Positions 18,390 to 27,207 of a DNA stretch of 64,000 bases are shown in pieces. The notes beneath the pieces were generated by a model. The model was given only the letters and a program-made list of their open reading frames with translations. It was not told the origin of the DNA and did no database searches. Location: the NCBI GenBank assembly GCA_964572225.1, contig CAZNFR010000001.1, forward strand, positions 10,710-74,709. Reading direction: 5' to 3'. Position 1 is the first letter of the stretch. Every line of letters starts with the position of its first letter. Source of the stretch: an uncultured Bacteroidaceae bacterium. Lineage in GTDB: Bacteria > Bacteroidota > Bacteroidia > Bacteroidales > GCA-2748055. Position numbers and translations under genes: made by a program.

Positions 18390-19319
18390 TCAGTCTTTAA
18401 GAAAGTCAATATTCCTTTTCAATCCTTGAAATCCGGCTCTTTTTACCGCAGAGCCTTCAAACAGGTTATGAAATTTTTCTTCGTCCATATCTTCCCATTC
18501 CTTGCGCGACATTTTCAGAAGATTCTCTCCCGGTCTGAGGCTTTCCACATTATGGGTACCGGCCTTCCTGTTCCACGGACAAACCTCCTGACAGATGTCG
18601 CAACCGAATACCCGGTTATAGAATGCATCTTTCAACTCAACGGGGAGGTCTTCTTTATTTTCAATGGTAAGATAGGAAATGCATTTGCGGGCATCGACGG
18701 TACGATTCAGATTGATGGCATGGGTAGGACATTCATCTATGCAGAGTCTGCAATTTCCGCAACTTTCCATCACCGGTTTATCGGGCTCAATTTCCCGGTC
18801 TATAATTATCTCGGAGATAAAAAACCAGGATCCCAGTTGTTTATTGAGGAGGAGGGAATTTTTGCCAATCCATCCCAATCCGGCCCTCGAGGCCCATGCA
18901 TGTTCCATTACCGGTGCGGAATCGACGAATCCCCTTCCGTTCACTCCGGGCATTTCTTCCCGGATATAGGTCAGTAGTTTTTTAAGCATTTTTTTAACGA
19001 CCCTGTGATAGTCTTTCCCGTAGGCATATTTGGAAATTACCGGGGCTGAAGGGTCCTCCTGCATTTCAGGGGTGTAATAATTGAGAAGAAGAGAGATGAC
19101 AGTGGCTGCATTTTTAACAAGGAGACCGGGATCCTTTCTGAGAGGGACGGATCTTTCCATCCAGTGCATGCTCCCATGCATCCCTTTCCCCAGCCAGTCT
19201 TCCAGGATCTGAATATCTTTATCGACCGGTTCGACACTGGCAAACCCGCAATTATCGAAGCCAATCTGAAGGGCTTGTTTACGGATATTTTCCTTAATCT
19301 GATTAATCAGCGGGGTAAT
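18390..19319 (-). CDS. queG: epoxyqueuosine reductase QueG (start codon non-canonical or unresolved)
   Basis: Two ferredoxin motifs (CGNCRLCIDECP, CDICQEVCPWN). The first ATG is at 19181, but the 46 in-frame codons upstream encode ITPLINQIKENIRKQALQIGFDNCGFASVEPVDKDIQILEDWLGKG, which matches the conserved QueG N-terminus. These codons contain no ATG, GTG or TTG. Confidence 0.8.
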   Translation of the reverse strand: MTPLINQIKENIRKQALQIGFDNCGFASVEPVDKDIQILEDWLGKGMHGSMHWMERSVPLRKDPGLLVKNAATVISLLLNYYTPEMQEDPSAPVISKYAYGKDYHRVVKKMLKKLLTYIREEMPGVNGRGFVDSAPVMEHAWASRAGLGWIGKNSLLLNKQLGSWFFISEIIIDREIEPDKPVMESCGNCRLCIDECPTHAINLNRTVDARKCISYLTIENKEDLPVELKDAFYNRVFGCDICQEVCPWNRKAGTHNVESLRPGENLLKMSRKEWEDMDEEKFHNLFEGSAVKRAGFQGLKRNIDFLKD

Positions 19320-19658
19320 TTACAGAAGTCCGAGTTCAAGTTTGGCCTCATCGGTTAGCATGGATTGGTCCCAGGGCGGATCAAAAGTCAGGTTTACCCC
19401 GGCTTTCTTCACTCCCTCCACTTCACCCACCTGTCGCTGCACATCGGATACAAGATGGTCTGCCACCGGACAATTAGGTGCGGTAAGGGTCATGGTAAGT
19501 TCCACCTCCCTGTCATCATTCACATCAATCTCATAAATGAGTCCGAGATCGTATATATTCACCGGGATCTCGGGGTCATAAATATTTTTCAGCACCCTTA
19601 CGATCTCTGTTTCAATCTCCATTACTGATTTTTCAGTTATATTCTCTTCATTCCTCAT
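19320..19658 (-). CDS. DUF59 / SufT-like Fe-S assembly protein
   Basis: 112 aa with IYDPEIPVNIYDLGLIY and LTAPNCPVA motifs, and a position inside the suf cluster. Confidence 0.85.
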   Translation of the reverse strand: MRNEENITEKSVMEIETEIVRVLKNIYDPEIPVNIYDLGLIYEIDVNDDREVELTMTLTAPNCPVADHLVSDVQRQVGEVEGVKKAGVNLTFDPPWDQSMLTDEAKLELGLL

Positions 19659-19700
19659 ATTATCATTCTTTTAATGCTGCCTGATTATAAAACAACAAAA

Positions 19701-20126
19701 TCAGTTCTCTTGTTTGGCGCTATAGGCCAGGGCATAGAGTTTCATTTTTTTTACCATAGACACAAGTCCGTTCGACCGGGTTGGGGAAAGATTATCCTTC
19801 AGTCCGATCTCATCGATAAAAAACAGATCGTTGTTCACGATCTCTTTGGCTTCGGTGTCGTTCAGAACCTTCAGCAGCAGGGCGGCAATTCCCTTAACGA
19901 TAAGCGCATCGCTGTCGGCCGTATAAAACATTTTCCCTTCCCGGTAATCTGCCGTCAGCCATACTTTCGACTGGCAGCCGGAGATCAGGTATTCGTCCGT
20001 TTTATATTTGGGATCTATGGGTTCGAGCTCGTTTCCCAATTCAATCAGATAATTATACCTATCCATCCAGTCGCCAAACATGGTGAATTCTTCAATTATT
20101 TTTTCTTGTCTTTGGTTAATGGACAT
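19701..20126 (-). CDS. sufE: SufE-family cysteine desulfuration protein
   Basis: 141 aa. ISGCQSKVWL active-site Cys motif and LSPTRSNGL. Confidence 0.85.
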   Translation of the reverse strand: MSINQRQEKIIEEFTMFGDWMDRYNYLIELGNELEPIDPKYKTDEYLISGCQSKVWLTADYREGKMFYTADSDALIVKGIAALLLKVLNDTEAKEIVNNDLFFIDEIGLKDNLSPTRSNGLVSMVKKMKLYALAYSAKQEN

Positions 20127-20155
20127 ATTCGGATCATTTGGGTTAAAAATCGTAT

Positions 20156-21388
20156 TTACCCCAGCATTTTTTTTGCAGTCAGGACAGCTTCGGTCAGTCT
20201 GTCGATATCTTCACGGTTATTGTAAAAAACCATGGAAGCCCGAACTGTTCCGGGGATCTCAAAATGATCCATAACCGGCTGGGTACAATGCGATCCGGTG
20301 CGGACAGCCACGCCGAGTTTATCCAGGATCATACCCGTATCGTAGGGGTGAATATTTTCGAGCAGAAAGGATAACACTGCGATCTTGTTTTTTGCCTTTC
20401 CATAGATCTTCAATCCATCAATTCCCTCCAGCTTTTGGGTTGCATATTGCAAGAGGTCTTCTTCATGCCTCCGAATCTCATTCAGCCCTAGCATCTGCAC
20501 ATAATCCAATGCGGTTCCCAGGGCAATGGCACCGGCATAATTGGCGGTTCCCGCTTCAAATTTAAGAGGCAGAACATTGTAAGTGGTTTTTTCAAAGCTC
20601 ACACAATCCACCATATCGCCTCCTCCCTGGTAAGGAGGAATGGCATCGAGCAGGTTTTCCTTCCCGTAAAGTACTCCAATTCCGGTCGGACCGAAGATTT
20701 TATGTCCGGAAAAAGCATAAAAATCGGCCTCCAGATCCCTTACATCCACCGGACCATGCTGCACTGCCTGAGCCCCGTCTATGAGGACCGGTACATCCTG
20801 TTCGTGAGCAATCCGTATCATCTCCTTTACCGGATTAACCGTGCCCAGACTGTTGGAGGCATGCACCAGTGCCACGATCCGGGTTTTCGTGTTGATCATG
20901 GACCGGTAGACATTCAGATCCAGTTCTCCCTGTTCGTCGAAGGGGATCACTTTCAGCTTTGCCTTTTTCCGGTCACAAAGCAATTGCCAGGGAATGATAT
21001 TGGAATGGTGTTCCATTTCGCTGATAAGGATCTCATCTCCCTCGCTTACATAGCGTTCGCCAAAGGAATAGGCAACCAGGTTTACAGAGCCTGTGGTTCC
21101 GCTGGTAAAAATTACTTCTGAAAGGTCCTCCGCATTGAGAAAAGCTCTCACTTTATCCCGCGCGTTTTCGTATTCCTCGGTCATTTTTCCGCTCAGGTGA
21201 TGCACTCCCCTGTGAATACTGCTGTTGGTAAGGGAATGGATTTCATTCACCTTGTCAATGACCGATTTGGGTTTTTGTGTTGTGGCCCCGTTATCAAGGT
21301 ATACCAGGGGTTTTCCATTCACTTCGCGATGAAGGATGGGAAAATCCTTACGGATTACTTCGATATTTAATCCGGTCCCTGTAACCAT
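20156..21388 (-). CDS. sufS: cysteine desulfurase SufS (PLP-dependent)
   Basis: YLDNGATTQKP, FSGHKIFGPTGIG (PLP lysine) and RTGSHCTQP active-site Cys loop. Confidence 0.92.
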   Translation of the reverse strand: MVTGTGLNIEVIRKDFPILHREVNGKPLVYLDNGATTQKPKSVIDKVNEIHSLTNSSIHRGVHHLSGKMTEEYENARDKVRAFLNAEDLSEVIFTSGTTGSVNLVAYSFGERYVSEGDEILISEMEHHSNIIPWQLLCDRKKAKLKVIPFDEQGELDLNVYRSMINTKTRIVALVHASNSLGTVNPVKEMIRIAHEQDVPVLIDGAQAVQHGPVDVRDLEADFYAFSGHKIFGPTGIGVLYGKENLLDAIPPYQGGGDMVDCVSFEKTTYNVLPLKFEAGTANYAGAIALGTALDYVQMLGLNEIRRHEEDLLQYATQKLEGIDGLKIYGKAKNKIAVLSFLLENIHPYDTGMILDKLGVAVRTGSHCTQPVMDHFEIPGTVRASMVFYNNREDIDRLTEAVLTAKKMLG

Positions 21389-22756
21389 TTACCTGCATTT
21401 CATTTTACAATTATTACACCTGGATAACTCACCCCGCAACCTTTTGTCGACCAGTTCATTCATTCTTTCTTTCAGCGCCGGTAGTTTAATATTGGAAAGT
21501 ACCTCCTTTGCGAAAGCATACATCATCAGGTGTCGTGCCTCTTCGAAGGGAATACCCCTTGAGCGGAGGTAGAAAAGACCTTCTTCGTCGAGTTGACCAA
21601 CCGTTGCACCATGGGAGCATTTCACATCGTCGGCATAAATCTCCAGCTGAGGTTTGGATTTCAATTTAGCCGAATCGGTGAGCAGCAGATTGTTATTCCT
21701 CTGGTATGCCATGGTTTTCTGGGCATCGGGCCAAACGTGTATTCTGCCGTTGAAAGCCCCGGTAGATTTGTCGTCCAGAATCCCCTTGTAGAGCTGATCG
21801 CTGGTACAATGGGGTTTCATGTGGTTCACATAGGTGAAATTATCTATGTGCTGATCCTGATCGGAAAGGTAGAGACCGAAGGATTTATTATCCGCATTTT
21901 CTCCGTTAAGGAAAACCCTTACGTTATTTCTTACCACTCCCCCGTGAAGGGTGATGTAATTGGTTGAAGTACGGCTGTCCCTTTCCTGCCATGTATAAAG
22001 ATTGGTAAGCTGGGAGGAGCCATTGTGTTCATTCTGAACCCGGGTAATATTCATCTCGGCATTTTTCCCGGTATATAATTCGGTTACCGAATTGGTCAGG
22101 AAGGACTGGGTGCTGAGGGTATGATCGCAGATCAGCACTTCTGCTTCGGCATTGTCCTCGATAATAAAAAGGTTTCGGTGTTGAACCATGATATCCCTCT
22201 CATCCATGAGTAGATGAATTATCTGGATGGGCCTTTCCAGTTTCTGCCCTGAAGGCACATACAGAAAAACACCATCCTGGGCAAATGCAGAGTTAAGAGC
22301 CGTAAGCGATTCGCAGGTATGGTCCGCATAGCGGCCATAATGCGTGGAGACCAGATCGGGAAATTCTTTAGCAGCGGACTTCAGGCTTCCGTAAATCACC
22401 CCGTTCCCCAGGGTAGTCAGACTTTCTTTCCTTTGAAGATAATATCCGTTCAGAACCAGGAGGACTTCGGTATCCAGTTCGGGAATATCACAACTGAAGA
22501 TATCATCGATATTAAAATCAATCTTCCTGGGTTCAAACACGTGGTCCAGGTTTTGCTCCAGGAGTTTATCCACCCTCAGATATTTGTAATCTTCCGATTT
22601 TGGACCCGGAATTTTAAGCTTCTCCAGTGAGGATATGGCCTCTTCCCTTATACCGGAGATAAATCCGGGCGATGAATTGTGCAATACATCCCGGTTTCTG
22701 CGATACAGGTCAAGAAATATTTCTGTGGCATCAGCCAGTTTATAATCGATATTCAT
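21389..22756 (-). CDS. sufD: Fe-S cluster assembly protein SufD
   Basis: 455 aa. Beta-helix core with KPQLEIYADDVKCSHGATVGQLDEE. Position between sufC and sufS. Ends in SRCNNCKMKCR. Confidence 0.9.
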   Translation of the reverse strand: MNIDYKLADATEIFLDLYRRNRDVLHNSSPGFISGIREEAISSLEKLKIPGPKSEDYKYLRVDKLLEQNLDHVFEPRKIDFNIDDIFSCDIPELDTEVLLVLNGYYLQRKESLTTLGNGVIYGSLKSAAKEFPDLVSTHYGRYADHTCESLTALNSAFAQDGVFLYVPSGQKLERPIQIIHLLMDERDIMVQHRNLFIIEDNAEAEVLICDHTLSTQSFLTNSVTELYTGKNAEMNITRVQNEHNGSSQLTNLYTWQERDSRTSTNYITLHGGVVRNNVRVFLNGENADNKSFGLYLSDQDQHIDNFTYVNHMKPHCTSDQLYKGILDDKSTGAFNGRIHVWPDAQKTMAYQRNNNLLLTDSAKLKSKPQLEIYADDVKCSHGATVGQLDEEGLFYLRSRGIPFEEARHLMMYAFAKEVLSNIKLPALKERMNELVDKRLRGELSRCNNCKMKCR

Positions 22757-22771
22757 GTTCCGTTTTCCGTT

Positions 22772-23527
22772 TTATTCCGCGTGAGTTTTCTCACGTATCC
22801 ATTCGTAGCCTTTTTCTTCCAGCTCCAGAGCCAGTTCCTTCCCACCGGATTTCACGATCTTACCGTTAAAAAGAACGTGTACGTAATCCGGAATAATATA
22901 TTCCAGCAGGCGTTGATAATGGGTGATGACGATGGTTGCATTTTCGGGGGTTTTCAGCTTGTTCACTCCGTTGGCTACCACTTTCAGGGCATCAATATCG
23001 AGTCCGGAATCGGTTTCATCAAGGATGGCCAGTTTCGGGTCCAGCAGGGCCATCTGGAAAATCTCGTTCTTCTTCTTTTCCCCACCCGAAAAGCCCTCAT
23101 TAACAGAGCGATTGGTCAGATTGGAGTCGATCCCGACCAGGTCCTTTTTTTGATGCATCAGTTTCAGGAAGTCGCCTGCGGAAAGAGGTTCCTGATTCCG
23201 GTATTTTCTTTGTTCATTGATTGCGGTTCTCAGAAAGTTTACCATGCTGACCCCTGGTATTTCAACCGGATACTGAAATCCAAGGAAGAGTCCTTTAAGA
23301 GCCCTTTCCTCGGGATCCATTTCCAGGAGGTTCTCCCCCAGGTAGTCCACGTTGCCATCGGTCACTTCCACATAGTCCCTGCCGGCAAGGGCAGAGGCCA
23401 GGGTGGATTTGCCGGATCCGTTGGGACCCATGATGGCATGAACCTCACCGGGTTTTACTTCAAGATTGATTCCTTTCAGGATCTGACGATCCTCAATACT
23501 GACTTGCAGGTTATTTATTTTAAGCAT
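22772..23527 (-). CDS. sufC: Fe-S cluster assembly ATPase SufC
   Basis: Walker A GPNGSGKST, ABC signature FSGGEKKK, Walker B AILDETDSGLD. Confidence 0.95.
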   Translation of the reverse strand: MLKINNLQVSIEDRQILKGINLEVKPGEVHAIMGPNGSGKSTLASALAGRDYVEVTDGNVDYLGENLLEMDPEERALKGLFLGFQYPVEIPGVSMVNFLRTAINEQRKYRNQEPLSAGDFLKLMHQKKDLVGIDSNLTNRSVNEGFSGGEKKKNEIFQMALLDPKLAILDETDSGLDIDALKVVANGVNKLKTPENATIVITHYQRLLEYIIPDYVHVLFNGKIVKSGGKELALELEEKGYEWIREKTHAE

Positions 23528-23546
23528 TCTGTGTATTTTAACTTTA

Positions 23547-24992
23547 TTATCCTACGCTGCCTTCCAGGGATATTGCCAGAAGTTTTTGTGCTTCAACGGC
23601 AAATTCCATGGGCAGTTTATTGAGTACTTCCTTGGCGTAACCATTTACGATCATTCCAATCGCGGTTTCGGTATCGATTCCCCTCTGGTTACAATAGAAT
23701 ATCTGATCTTCCCCGATTTTTGAGGTAGTGGCCTCGTGCTCGATTTTGGAGCTTTGGTTATCCGCTTCTATATAGGGAAAGGTATGGGCTCCGCATTTAT
23801 CGCCCAGAAGCAGGGAATCGCACTGGGAAAAGTTCCGGGCATTTTCGGCTCCTTTCAGAATCTTTACCAGTCCGCGATAGGAATTCTCGCTAAAACCGGC
23901 ACTGATCCCCTTGGAAACGATCAGACTCCGGGTGTTTTTCCCGATATGGGTCATTTTCGAACCGGTATCGGCCTGCTGGCGGTTATTGGTAACAGCCACG
24001 GAATAAAATTCACCCGAAGAATTATCACCACGGAGAATGCAACTGGGATATTTCCAGGTAATGGCAGAACCGGTTTCTACCTGGGTCCATGAGATCTTGG
24101 AGTTATCTCCCCTGGCCATTCCTCTTTTGGTTACAAAATTATAAATGCCCCCTTTTCCGTCTTTATCACCCGGATACCAGTTCTGAACCGTAGAGTATTT
24201 TATTTCCGCATTTTCGAGTGCCACCAGCTCTACCACAGCAGCATGAAGCTGATTTTCATCCCTCTGCGGAGCGGTGCAACCTTCAAGGTAACTCACATAA
24301 CTGTTATCATCCGCGATCAGGAGGGTCCGTTCAAATTGTCCGGTATTCATGGCGTTTATCCGGAAATAGGTGGAAAGTTCCATAGGACATCTGACCCCTT
24401 TGGGGACATAGCAAAAGGAGCCATCACTGAAGACTGCCGAGTTTAAAGTGGCAAAATAATTATCCGTATACGGTACCACCGAACCCAGGTACTTTTTGAC
24501 CAGATCGGGGTGGTTTTTTACCGCTTCGGAAAATGAGCAAAAAATGATGCCCAGCTCCGCCAGGGTTTCCTGAAATGTGGTTTTCACCGAAACACTGTCC
24601 ATCACTGCATCTACTGCAACCCCTGCCAGTGCTTTCTGTTCCTCAAGAGGAATTCCCAGCTTGTTGAAGGTTTCCAGCAATTCCGGATCCACCTCATCCA
24701 AGCTGTTGTAGGTAGCTTTTCTTTTCGGGGCGGCATAGTAAATGATATCCTGGTAGTTGATTTCGGGAAGCTTGAGATGAGGCCAGCGCGGCATTTTCAT
24801 TTTGGTCCAGTGACGGTATGCCTTGAGCCGGAACTCAAGCATCCATTCCGGTTCTTCCTTTTTGGCAGATATCATCCGGATTACCTCTTCGTTCAGTCCC
24901 TTGGGTATGGTATCAATCTCAATATCTGTGTAAAATCCGTATTTGTACTCGCTCTGCGTTACTTTTTTCAATAATTTATCCTGTTCACTCAT
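23547..24992 (-). CDS. sufB: Fe-S cluster assembly scaffold SufB
   Basis: 481 aa. Highly conserved SufB core ([16 protein letters not shown]-like [15 protein letters not shown]). Confidence 0.95.
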   Translation of the reverse strand: MSEQDKLLKKVTQSEYKYGFYTDIEIDTIPKGLNEEVIRMISAKKEEPEWMLEFRLKAYRHWTKMKMPRWPHLKLPEINYQDIIYYAAPKRKATYNSLDEVDPELLETFNKLGIPLEEQKALAGVAVDAVMDSVSVKTTFQETLAELGIIFCSFSEAVKNHPDLVKKYLGSVVPYTDNYFATLNSAVFSDGSFCYVPKGVRCPMELSTYFRINAMNTGQFERTLLIADDNSYVSYLEGCTAPQRDENQLHAAVVELVALENAEIKYSTVQNWYPGDKDGKGGIYNFVTKRGMARGDNSKISWTQVETGSAITWKYPSCILRGDNSSGEFYSVAVTNNRQQADTGSKMTHIGKNTRSLIVSKGISAGFSENSYRGLVKILKGAENARNFSQCDSLLLGDKCGAHTFPYIEADNQSSKIEHEATTSKIGEDQIFYCNQRGIDTETAIGMIVNGYAKEVLNKLPMEFAVEAQKLLAISLEGSVG

Positions 24993-25171
24993 ATATCAAT
25001 CCCATTTATTGAGAGTCTATAACTTATTTAGATTAAATTCAAATAGATGGTAAAGATAACAAATTATATGCTGGATAAAATGATATTTACCATGTTTTTC
25101 CAATGATATAACAGGTGCCGCACCTAAAGGTTTAAAGCCGGGGAGAGAGGGGCCTTTCGGAATGGGATAGA

Positions 25172-25216
25172 CTAAAAAACCGGAAGGGTCCTACGTTAGT
25201 CAGAACCCTTCCGGTT
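25172..25216 (-). terminator. intrinsic terminator after the 25247..26071 gene
   Basis: Minus strand reads ACCCTTCCGG-loop-CCGGAAGGGT, a 10-12 bp GC-rich stem (arms 25178-25189 and 25205-25216), followed by TTTTTT (A-run 25174-25179 on plus). Confidence 0.6.
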
Positions 25217-25246
25217 ATACCAAACCTTCAATAATGGGATGCAGGA

Positions 25247-26071
25247 TTATTTTGTTCCCTGTTTCTGGGTTACTTTAGCCCGGGTATTTGCCGCAGGTTT
25301 TTTGGTAACCGTTCTTTTGGCCACCGGTTTTTTATCTTCTGTCTTTGGTTTGGATGTTCTGGAGGCTGGCCGAGGCGGGGTTTTTCTTTCCGGAGCGGGC
25401 GGATTCAGTGCATTTTTATAGGAAGTGTAGAAATTCGGATCGGAGAATTCAAAAATACTCATAAACATGTGGAATCTTTCCCTGATCAGTTCCTCGCTGG
25501 CTTTTACCAGGGAAATAATTTCGCTTCCTGCTTTTTCTACAAGCTCATTTTCCTCCTGAAGATTTTGCTTAAGGTCCACCAGTTCATCCCGGTCTTCCCT
25601 CAGTTTTTCGATCAGGCCCATGCTTAATCCGTAGCTGCCAAGTTTATCATCCTGTTCATTTTCCTGTTGCTTATTGAATTTTTTCTCCAGGTAACCGGCA
25701 ACTTCATCTACATGAGCAACCAGGCCCTTATTTTTCAGGTCCTCCAGATTTTTCCTGGATTTATCCAGTTTTTTCCGCAGGCCTTTCTTTTTATTATCGA
25801 GAGCGTAAAGAGTTAGCAGGTTGGTAACCGGAATAAGTTTCGTGATGATATTGTTCCTGCAGGCTTCCAGTTTAAGCTGAAGGGTATTCAGATCTTTTCC
25901 GGCAGTTTCTTCGAGATCATCGATTTTCTTCAGATTGTGAACGAACTCATCGTAGCTTGTTCTGAATTTTTCGATATCTCCCCATTTATCCAGGTTTTTT
26001 TCCATAACCTGGTATAAACGTCTGAAATTACTGATTTTTTCGTTTGTTTTTGTTTCCATCTTATGATTCAT
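25247..26071 (-). CDS. hypothetical coiled-coil protein with Lys/Pro/Thr-rich basic C-terminal tail
   Basis: 274 aa. Heptad-like E/K/L-rich body, then NPPAPERKTPPRPASRTSKPKTEDKKPVAKRTVTKKPAANTRAKVTQKQGTK. Lies 17 nt downstream of the CHAD gene. Confidence 0.55.
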   Translation of the reverse strand: MNHKMETKTNEKISNFRRLYQVMEKNLDKWGDIEKFRTSYDEFVHNLKKIDDLEETAGKDLNTLQLKLEACRNNIITKLIPVTNLLTLYALDNKKKGLRKKLDKSRKNLEDLKNKGLVAHVDEVAGYLEKKFNKQQENEQDDKLGSYGLSMGLIEKLREDRDELVDLKQNLQEENELVEKAGSEIISLVKASEELIRERFHMFMSIFEFSDPNFYTSYKNALNPPAPERKTPPRPASRTSKPKTEDKKPVAKRTVTKKPAANTRAKVTQKQGTK

Positions 26072-26088
26072 GTGTGTTAAATTTTCAG

Positions 26089-27012
26089 TTAAAGGACCTG
26101 ATTTACTTTCAGGACCAGGGATAGTTCCCAGTATTTTTTAATTTTCTTTACAAACATTCCCGGTTTGTCCATGTAAAACTTCTCTGCTTCCAAAAGCGCA
26201 GAATTCAGGTGTTCCTGGGCTAGTTGGGTGTAGTATTCTTCTATTTCGCCAGCCTTTTCTTTTTGGTTAAGGTAAAAGGATTCTGCTTTGAATTTTTCGA
26301 GAAAAAGAGTAATATCCCGGTAAAGGCCAAGATCGTCAGATAATTTGTCGAGGGTATTTTCGTAGGCCCCGATCAGTTTTGGATAAACCGGTTGCAGGAG
26401 CTGCATATGATACCAGAGATACTTCGAACGTTTTCTGAGATTGTGGATTGTCTCACTGTCCTTTTCCCTGCGCAGTTTTTTGAGGTATTTCCTTCCCTGA
26501 CGGTATATGCGTTTGAGTCCGCCGGAAATAATCCGGAAACCCTGGTTTTCAGCCGTCAGATTTGTAAATCTGGGTATGCAGGAGTTCAGTTCCCCGCTTA
26601 TGGCGAATAGTTTTTTTGTGTTTGAGCCCTTACCTGTAAGTACGGATTTTTCATTTTCAAGTTTACTCAGAAAATCAAGGAAAGCCTTGTTCTCTTCCAG
26701 ATCGGGAATGACCTGTTTCAAGAAATCTCCTCTTTCAAAAATAACCCCTGCATCTCTGGCCGGGGAAAGCGATGCGCCCAGGTCCCTGAAAAATACGTTT
26801 TCACGATAGTAATTACTGTATCCTATGGAATCACGGACAAGCCTGAGGACGGCCCGTATCCTTTTGAAGCATTTTCTGGATTCATGGATCCGTTGGTCGA
26901 CATCCATGCCGGTATCGCCCAGAATTTCCCTGCTACTCCGGATCTGTTCAAGGATAACCTGCCTTACTTCATCTTTTATATCGGTCTCGGAACGGATTTG
27001 ATAATTTATCAT
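26089..27012 (-). CDS. CHAD domain-containing protein
   Basis: 307 aa, all-helical. Conserved His/Arg-Lys repeats IHESRKCFKRIRAVLRLV and IHNLRKRSKYLWYHMQLL, typical of CHAD. Confidence 0.8.
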   Translation of the reverse strand: MINYQIRSETDIKDEVRQVILEQIRSSREILGDTGMDVDQRIHESRKCFKRIRAVLRLVRDSIGYSNYYRENVFFRDLGASLSPARDAGVIFERGDFLKQVIPDLEENKAFLDFLSKLENEKSVLTGKGSNTKKLFAISGELNSCIPRFTNLTAENQGFRIISGGLKRIYRQGRKYLKKLRREKDSETIHNLRKRSKYLWYHMQLLQPVYPKLIGAYENTLDKLSDDLGLYRDITLFLEKFKAESFYLNQKEKAGEIEEYYTQLAQEHLNSALLEAEKFYMDKPGMFVKKIKKYWELSLVLKVNQVL

Positions 27013-27043
27013 ATCCGGTAGTACATAGGTTTAAATTAATGTA

Positions 27044-27051
27044 CAAATGTA
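27044..27051 (-). promoter_or_regulatory. -7-type box TACATTTG upstream of the CHAD gene
   Basis: CAAATGTA on the plus strand, about 31 nt upstream of ATG 27012. Confidence 0.3.
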
Positions 27052-27207
27052 AATTGATAATAATTATTTAACAAACAGATAACAGAAAATTAACATTGAA
27101 AAATTGGACTCTAATTGCTAAATGTCAGACATTCAATATTATAACAGTAATTTCCGGATGTGTTTATTGATTGAAAATCCCTACCTTCGCATTTTAAGTC
27201 TTAAGTT

